A stretch of DNA of 62,069 bases, counting the filler. It is 5 parts of 5 records of this genome, joined end to end, with 100 filler letters (N's around TTAATTAATTAA, not from the genome) between each part and the next. Parts side by side here need not be neighbours in the genome. Positions count along the whole stretch, not along the records: positions 51,450 to 56,556 come from SRR2962707_2154; positions 56,657 to 62,069 come from SRR2962707_2157; 3 more parts are not named here. One strand, given 5' to 3'. The first letter of the stretch is position 1; every line of letters begins with the position of its first letter. The notes under the pieces are model-generated. The model was not told the DNA's origin. It saw only the letters and a list, made by a program, of their open reading frames with translations, and ran no database searches. Of this stretch, positions 56,312 through 62,069 are shown one piece after another. The position numbers and the translations under genes were made by a program.

Positions 56312-56556
56312 AATTATACCATTGAAGACCCAAGCAGCTTTCCGAAAACACAAAAGGCTGCCTTGTTGCCAAAGCAGCCTTTAATTCTGTTTCTGCCGAT
56401 ACCCCGTATCAGCCACGCCCGCGATACGGCGCAACCCCCTGATCAGGGATCCAGACACCTTCTGGTGCCGCACCTGTCTGATAAAACACATCAATCGGAA
56501 TACCGCCGCGCGGATACCAATAGCCGCCAATGCGCAGCCATTTCGGATCAAGCGTT

Positions 56557-56656
56557 NNNNNNNNNNNNNNNNNNNNNNNNNNNNNNNNNNNNNNNNNNNN
56601 TTAATTAATTAANNNNNNNNNNNNNNNNNNNNNNNNNNNNNNNNNNNNNNNNNNNN
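56557..56656. other. artificial contig spacer
   Basis: N44-TTAATTAATTAA-N44. Confidence 0.98.
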
Positions 56657-56720
56657 CTCGCTTGAAAATGCTGCAATCGAAATTGCCTATTTCTTCGCGC
56701 AGACCGAAATCGTCGGCTAA
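56657..56720 (+). CDS. ndk: C-terminal end of nucleoside diphosphate kinase (partial)
   Basis: SLENAAIEIAYFFAQTEIVG*; followed by hairpin terminator 56756-56790. Confidence 0.8.
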
Positions 56721-56826
56721 GCGTCGAAAGACGAAATTCCGGTTCTTCCGGATACAAAAACGCCCCGCAGATTTGCGGGGCGTTTTTTTTATGCCGGTTT
56801 GGCTGGTTCCCGTGGGGGCGCGCACA

Positions 56827-58878
56827 TCAGGAGCGCACTTCATTGAGGAACTGATCAACCGATCCGCGCAGCGATTGCGAAGAATTTGCCATGTTCTTTG
56901 ATGCCTGTGCCAGTGCGCCAGCCTGATGCTGACTTTCATCGGCGATTTCACGGATTTCCATCGACCTTTCGGAGGCCTCGTTCGTACCTTGCGAGGCGTT
57001 GCTGACACTAGACGCGATTTCGCGCGTGGCACTGCCCTGTTCTTCCATGGCCGAGGCGATGCCCGAGGAGACTTCGCTCATTGCCGAGATGATCCGCGAA
57101 ATTTGCTGGATCGCCTCGACCGCATCCTGCGTGGCCTTCTGGATGCCGCCGATCTGGCTGCTGATTTCGTCGGTGGCCTTGGCGGTCTGGTTGGCCAGAT
57201 TTTTGACCTCGGATGCGACAACCGCAAAGCCCTTACCAGCGTCACCGGCACGGGCGGCCTCAATGGTGGCATTGAGGGCAAGAAGGTTGGTCTGATCGGC
57301 GATGTCGGAAATCAGGCTGAGGACTTCGCCAATCTGGGTGGCCGATGCGGCCAGACCTTCGACAAGTCCGTTGGTGTGGTTGGCCTGATCGACGGCCTGA
57401 CGGGATATGTCGGAGGATGAACTGACCTGTTCGAGTATTTCCTGAATAGAGGCGCTGAGCTGTTCGGCAGCGGCGGCAACAGTTTGCACGTTTTGATTGG
57501 CACTGGCCGATGCATTGGCGATGTCTTCGGCCTTGGACGAATTTTGCCCGGCGGAATGGGTGATGGCATTTGATGTTTCGTCAATTTGCGAGACGGAAGT
57601 TGATAGTTCTGTGACCAGTTTGGCAATTTCACCATCAAATTTGCGGATCGCGGATTCGCGCTTCTGATTGATGCGGTTGCGTTCGGCCTGCTCGGTTTCC
57701 TTTTCACGGGTTAACTGTTCGCCTGCGATCATATTGGCCTGAAATACCTTTACCGAGCGGGCCATATCACCGATTTCATCTTTGGCGGTGCTGTAGGGGA
57801 CGGCGATATCAAGTTTGTTGGCGGCGAGTTGTTCCATATTGCTGGCAAGTGTTGTGATCTTGCCCGATATGCTGTTGCGGGCCCACAGGGTGAACAGGAT
57901 CGCCAGTGTAAAGCCAATCGCGGTGATCACGATCATGGTGATGGTCGAGGATGATACGACACCCTGCATCTGGCTGACACCGCTATCCATATCGTCGTGG
58001 ATGATTCCTTCGGCCTCGTCGGCGAGGGTGATGAAGCGGGTGAAGCTGGCATCGAAATCTTCGTCGGACTGGCTTCCGGCGGAGAGTTGCCCGACGGTGT
58101 TATCGACACGCGACCGTGCGGTGGCGGACAGTTTTTCGATGTCTGCGATCAGGGTGCCCACTTTGGCGGTGGCGGCGGCAATTTTGATTGTGGCAAGGCC
58201 ATCAGCGGCAGATTTGAAGTCACCAGTGACTTCGTCAATGGTGACGGCGTCATCGCCGCTTAGAAGTTCTTCGAGAAACAGATGGCCATTGGCCAGCCGG
58301 AACTTTGCACTTCCGATGGCTTCTATGGCGTCGAGGGTTTGGGGATCACCGCTTTGCTTTATATCTGGCAGGACGGCGGACAGGCCGGTTTGCAGGTCTT
58401 CATAAAGTGCATCGAAGCTTTGATCGGCCCCGGTGCCAATCCCTTCGCGCCCGACCAGTTGACCGTAACGGTTCTCGGCACTTTTGATGAATTCGGCGAT
58501 GGCACTTTGAACGCTTTGCATTTTTGCACGAACGTCGGGGTTCTGGCTGGCGACGAAGCGTCCTTCGTCATTGGTGCCACCATTAAGGATCGCATCGGCA
58601 TACCAGTTACTTTGCGCAAGAAGGTCCCAGACTTCATTGATGTCTTCGCCGGTGTCGCCGGCCATGATTTCTTCGAAAATCAGGTGGGCTTGGGTGGCGG
58701 ATAATTTGATTTCCATGGCTGCATCGCCAAGCGGGGCAAGATTGATCGCCACTGTTTCACTTTCTTCGCCGATGGTGTTGGCAAAGAATATCCCGGCGGC
58801 GCCGGTGGTCGCGGTGACAAGGGCCATGATGCCAAAGGCAAGCAACAGCCGGGTGCGGATTTTAAGTCTTTCAATCAT
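56827..58878 (-). CDS. methyl-accepting chemotaxis protein with a duplicated helical periplasmic sensor
   Basis: TM-sensor-TM-HAMP; [31 protein letters not shown]. Confidence 0.95.
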   Translation of the reverse strand: MIERLKIRTRLLLAFGIMALVTATTGAAGIFFANTIGEESETVAINLAPLGDAAMEIKLSATQAHLIFEEIMAGDTGEDINEVWDLLAQSNWYADAILNGGTNDEGRFVASQNPDVRAKMQSVQSAIAEFIKSAENRYGQLVGREGIGTGADQSFDALYEDLQTGLSAVLPDIKQSGDPQTLDAIEAIGSAKFRLANGHLFLEELLSGDDAVTIDEVTGDFKSAADGLATIKIAAATAKVGTLIADIEKLSATARSRVDNTVGQLSAGSQSDEDFDASFTRFITLADEAEGIIHDDMDSGVSQMQGVVSSSTITMIVITAIGFTLAILFTLWARNSISGKITTLASNMEQLAANKLDIAVPYSTAKDEIGDMARSVKVFQANMIAGEQLTREKETEQAERNRINQKRESAIRKFDGEIAKLVTELSTSVSQIDETSNAITHSAGQNSSKAEDIANASASANQNVQTVAAAAEQLSASIQEILEQVSSSSDISRQAVDQANHTNGLVEGLAASATQIGEVLSLISDIADQTNLLALNATIEAARAGDAGKGFAVVASEVKNLANQTAKATDEISSQIGGIQKATQDAVEAIQQISRIISAMSEVSSGIASAMEEQGSATREIASSVSNASQGTNEASERSMEIREIADESQHQAGALAQASKNMANSSQSLRGSVDQFLNEVRS

Positions 58879-59067
58879 TTAGGAGCCTCCACCAAATGTC
58901 GGGATGCATTTTTTATTAATTCTAATTGGTGGAGTTCAAATGGGGGTGGAGGATCGGTTTTCAACCTTGGGTGCTGTATCATGCTTGGGTAAGAATGGAA
59001 AAAGGGGAAAGGCCATGGATGGCAGCTTTCCCCTTTAGGCTCAGAACCCAGGCAGGTCGTCAGAGTT

Positions 59068-59205
59068 TTAATCGATCAGAAATGCGGCCATCAAAAGCAG
59101 CAGAACTGCGATGGAGACGACGCTCCAGAGCATGAATTTGGTCCAGTTTTCCCAGCCGTGCTGATGGTCTTCGACCAGTTTGGTGTCGTAGTCGCTTCCT
59201 TGCAT
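59068..59205 (-). CDS. aa3-type cytochrome c oxidase subunit IV-like small protein, 45 aa; not in the ORF track
   Basis: GGGAGG RBS; MQGSDYDTKLVEDHQHGWENWTKFMLWSVVSIAVLLLLMAAFLID; terminator hairpin at 59001-59037. Confidence 0.75.
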   Translation of the reverse strand: MQGSDYDTKLVEDHQHGWENWTKFMLWSVVSIAVLLLLMAAFLID

Positions 59206-59412
59206 TGGTTCCTCCCAGTCGTTGTTACGTCCGATTGTTTGATGCTTTTGCGGCGGACTTTATGCCCGTACGCCACGGTGATCGCGCACGGCACCTGTGA
59301 AACTCTAGCGTGATTTAACTCTGGGGTGAATATCTTTTGTGTGAGTGTTCTTTTTGTGCGCTGCACTATTGTCTTTCACCCGTCACCATTTGCCCATCAC
59401 CTTGGGCCCCGC

Positions 59413-59562
59413 TGGACATGACAGAAGGGGTGTGCCATGATTTTGCGATGGAAAACGTTGTGACCCGTAAAGATGCACGAATTTTTACCGCCAACCATAG
59501 GATGGCGGGGTAGTGACGTTTTGACCAAATGAGATCCACCCGCCGGAGAGGCGGGTTTTTTT
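59413..59562 (+). promoter_or_regulatory. sigma70 promoter, leaderless 21-aa leader ORF and transcription attenuator
   Basis: TGGACA-N17-CATGAT; uORF 59448-59513; terminator ACCCGCC-GGAGA-GGCGGGT-T6; alternative pairings present. Confidence 0.6.
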
Positions 59563-59601
59563 ATGGCTGTCTCCCGGCCTGTCCAACATGGGAGATGACC
59601 A

Positions 59602-60165
59602 ATGCGACATTCCGTTTCAGAACCACACCGACGAACCGTAAACGGGCGGCGCCCCTTAAACGGGTCTGATCAAGCGCCCGCTGTTTTGCATATGCTGTGC
59701 GGGAAAATTGCGGCGGGAAAATCAACACTGGCGGCTGAGCTGGCGCGAAAGCCGGGCACCATCCTGATCGCGGAAGACGAATGGCTTTCGACACTTTTTG
59801 GCGATCAGATGCATTCGGTTGCCGATTACGTCGCGGTATCGGAAAAACTGCGCCGGGTGATGGGGCCGCACATCAGTATGCTGTTGATGTCCGGGCTTTC
59901 GGTGGTGCTGGATTTTCCGGCCAATACCGTCAAGCTGCGCTGCTGGATGCGCGATGTTTTTGACGATGTCGGGGCCGATCACAGGTTGCATTATCTTAAT
60001 CTGCCAGAAGACATTTGCATGCAGCGCCTGCGGGCGCGCAATCAGGCAGGCGCGCATCAGTTTGCCGCCAGTGATGCGCAATTCCATCAGATTTCAGCAT
60101 GGTTTGAGCCGCCATCTGATGCGGAAGGGTTTAATGTCGTCCCCTATCAGACCGACATCATGTGA
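59602..60165 (+). CDS. AAA_33 family P-loop (predicted small-molecule) kinase
   Basis: GGGAG RBS; CGKIAAGKST Walker A, EDEW, VVLDFPANT, RLRARN. Confidence 0.85.
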   Translation: MRHSVSEPHRRTVNGRRPLNGSDQAPAVLHMLCGKIAAGKSTLAAELARKPGTILIAEDEWLSTLFGDQMHSVADYVAVSEKLRRVMGPHISMLLMSGLSVVLDFPANTVKLRCWMRDVFDDVGADHRLHYLNLPEDICMQRLRARNQAGAHQFAASDAQFHQISAWFEPPSDAEGFNVVPYQTDIM

Positions 60166-60170
60166 GATAC

Positions 60171-60199
60171 AAAAAAGCTGCCGGTAAACGGCAGCTTTT
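60171..60199. terminator. bidirectional intrinsic terminator
   Basis: AAAAAAGCTGCCG-GTAAA-CGGCAGCTTTT. Confidence 0.8.
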
Positions 60200-60230
60200 G
60201 AACATCTGGATTTCTGCCGGTGGTGGCAGA

Positions 60231-60359
60231 TTACAGCAGGAAGATGGCCATCAGGATCAGAACGCCGATCACTGAAAGGGTGCCCCACTTCATAAAGACG
60301 GTGAAACCGTTATAGATATCAACGTGGGTTTCGGTCAGTTCGTAATCTTTACCCTGCAA
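60231..60359 (-). CDS. second aa3-type cytochrome c oxidase subunit IV-like protein, 42 aa (TTG start)
   Basis: CAGGAGG RBS; MQGKDYELTETHVDIYNGFTVFMKWGTLSVIGVLILMAIFLL. Confidence 0.78.
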   Translation of the reverse strand: MQGKDYELTETHVDIYNGFTVFMKWGTLSVIGVLILMAIFLL

Positions 60360-60440
60360 ACTTGCCTCCTGCGTTTTGGGATTTTTCAAATGTATATCCA
60401 TCAAGTTGATGCAGTGCAAGATGTCAATTAACTCAAGATA

Positions 60441-60827
60441 TCATTGCGTTGGTTGATCGGTTTGAAGGCCGCCTTCGCAGACAAAGGGCAGGAACGAACC
60501 GGTCGCGCCAGCATTCATCATTTTGATCGACATCAGGTTGGCGTACGCAAGTTCAGCCTTGCTGTGCGGGCAGACGTAAACGCGTTCCGTGCAGCCCGAT
60601 GCGATGAAGGCGTCTTCCTGCTCGTTGAACGCATTACTGGTTGCGTTTGCGGGCATGTCCGCACGGGTTTGATCGCGGTTTTCCTGATAAAGCGCGCATT
60701 TGGTTTCGCGCCACGTTGCGCTGTGGGCATCCGTGGTGGTCAAGAGGGTGGTTAACAGGGCGGTCGCGGGCAGGGTGAGCGATAGCAGCGTGATGCCAAG
60801 GATCACGGGGTAAGCGGGGGTCTTCAT
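60441..60827 (-). CDS. secreted hypothetical protein with four Cys
   Basis: Signal peptide MKTPAY...AHS; TKC, ASGC, VCP, MNAGATGSFLPFVC. Confidence 0.75.
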   Translation of the reverse strand: MKTPAYPVILGITLLSLTLPATALLTTLLTTTDAHSATWRETKCALYQENRDQTRADMPANATSNAFNEQEDAFIASGCTERVYVCPHSKAELAYANLMSIKMMNAGATGSFLPFVCEGGLQTDQPTQ

Positions 60828-60894
60828 CGTGGGGCCTTTTGTTGATAGCCGTCCATACCGGTCGTTCTTGGTGGTTTGGAGTTTAGCGGGAAAT

Positions 60895-61893
60895 TTAGCT
60901 TGGGATATCGCGGGCAATCCTGAATCCGATGTGGTTTGTGCTGAGGCTGGTTTCGGCCTGCTGGCGGGCGGCGGGGCGGTAACGCAGACAATAGGACGGC
61001 GCGCAAAGCCATGATCCGCCCTTAACCACATGCATGGGACCAAAGGCCGGATTGGCATAGGTTGCCGCGGTTGCCTTATCGGGGCCTTGCGGGTTTTTGT
61101 TGCCGCCGGTCGCGTGGAAAGGGACCCACCAGTCTGAAACATGTTCCCAGACGTTGCCTGCCATATCAAACAGGCCATAGCCATTGGCGACGTAGGAACC
61201 AACCGGGGCGGTGCCATGATAGCCGTCATCCTTGGTGTCGGTGCTGGGAAACTTTCCCTGCCAGCTATTGGCTTTCCAGCCCTGAGACGGATCGTAGTCC
61301 TTGCCCCATGTATAATCGGCATCATTCAGTCCACCGCGTGCGGCAAATTCCCATTCGGCCTCGGTCGGGAGACGCCCGCCGGCCCATTTGGCGTAGGCCG
61401 CCGCGTCTTCGGGCGATATCTGAACAACCGGGTGGTTTTCCAGACCGTCAATCGTGCTTTTGGGCCCGGTGGGATGTTGCCAGTTCGCCCCGGCAACATA
61501 GCGCCACCATTTGCGAAAATCGTTGGTATCAACCGTGTCTGGCGGCTGGGCGAAGACCATCGAGCCTGCCTTGAGCAAATAGGCAGCTACCCCCGGATAG
61601 TCTTGCGGGTCGAGGTCCTGTTCGGCGGTGGTGACATAGTTTGTTTCGGCGACAAATTCCGCGAATTCGGCGTTTGTGACTTCGGTTTTCTGGATTTCGA
61701 ACGGCCCGACGGTGACCTGATGGGCCGCGCGTTCTTCGCGATAGTGGCGATCAGACCCCATCTGGAACGTGCCGCCATCAAGACGCACAAAGCTGTCATC
61801 GTCAGAGGAAAACCAAAAGGCGACTGCGGTCAGTAAAACTGCAGCCGCCAGAGCAGAACCTGCGTAGAGTATTTTCAAGGGGTATTCTCCCAA
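60895..61893 (-). CDS. formylglycine-generating enzyme (sulfatase-modifying factor)
   Basis: RLPTEAEWEFAARGG, GLFDMAGNVWE, KGGSWLCAPSYCLRYRPAAR with both catalytic Cys. Confidence 0.93.
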   Translation of the reverse strand: MGEYPLKILYAGSALAAAVLLTAVAFWFSSDDDSFVRLDGGTFQMGSDRHYREERAAHQVTVGPFEIQKTEVTNAEFAEFVAETNYVTTAEQDLDPQDYPGVAAYLLKAGSMVFAQPPDTVDTNDFRKWWRYVAGANWQHPTGPKSTIDGLENHPVVQISPEDAAAYAKWAGGRLPTEAEWEFAARGGLNDADYTWGKDYDPSQGWKANSWQGKFPSTDTKDDGYHGTAPVGSYVANGYGLFDMAGNVWEHVSDWWVPFHATGGNKNPQGPDKATAATYANPAFGPMHVVKGGSWLCAPSYCLRYRPAARQQAETSLSTNHIGFRIARDIPS

Positions 61894-61951
61894 ACCGGCA
61901 TCTTTGGCTGGTTGCGATGAGTGGTGGGGCGATCACTTTTCCGGTTGTAGC

Positions 61952-62069
61952 TTAGTCGTCGGGATAGATCTGTTTCCAGTCATTTTTCATGCTGACGATG
62001 GTCCAGCCCAGTTTCGGGCCGTCGTCCAGACCCTTGTCGAGTTTGCCAAAGACCGATTTGCGGTCATAG
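61952..62069 (-). CDS. C-terminus of a HAD-family hydrolase (partial)
   Basis: YDRKSVFGKLDKGLDDGPKLGWTIVSMKNDWKQIYPDD*, typical of HAD phosphatases found in sulfatase/FGE clusters. Confidence 0.7.
   Translation of the reverse strand, partial: YDRKSVFGKLDKGLDDGPKLGWTIVSMKNDWKQIYPDD

Noticed and set aside
60828-61325. N-terminal extension of the 294-aa ORF 60441-61325
   Set aside because: Overlaps the FGE gene in another frame; the real gene starts at ATG 60827 with a signal peptide

Overview
This window is not one locus. It is five contigs joined by artificial 100-nt spacers (N44-TTAATTAATTAA-N44). (1) 1-13966 is a Rhizobiales-type alphaproteobacterial general-stress-response (GSR) cluster: nepR-ecfG/phyR, two HWE-type kinases (PAS, CHASE), a Crp/Fnr regulator, csbD, dps, DUF1328, DUF883 and PRC-barrel genes. 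It carries ten GGAAC-N16-C(G/A)TT EcfG promoters and ends in a partial tRNA-Leu. (2) 14067-24411 is intron-rich eukaryotic (protist-like) DNA. It holds a long gene that appears to fuse a LamG+Sel1-repeat (Hrd3/SEL1L-like) ectodomain and TM helix to a zeta-toxin-like P-loop domain, plus a SAM-domain gene ending in a piggyBac-like Cys-rich tail. (3) 24512-51349 is Bacteroidota (Cytophagales-like): tilS, three MacB/FtsX permeases, two PadR genes, a PLP enzyme, an AT-rich patch with a fibre-like protein and a REP-associated tyrosine transposase flanked by direct repeats, SPFH, mdh, ppk1, an ECF-FecR-TonB receptor-lipoprotein module and an M57 peptidase. (4) 51450-56556 and (5) 56657-62069 are alphaproteobacterial (Thalassospira-like, inferred): queG, a FecI/FecR/siderophore receptor module, ndk, an MCP, two paralogous aa3 oxidase subunit IV-like genes, an AAA_33 kinase preceded by an apparent leader-peptide attenuator, a formylglycine-generating enzyme and a HAD hydrolase. 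All family assignments come from motif recognition by eye; no database searches were run.
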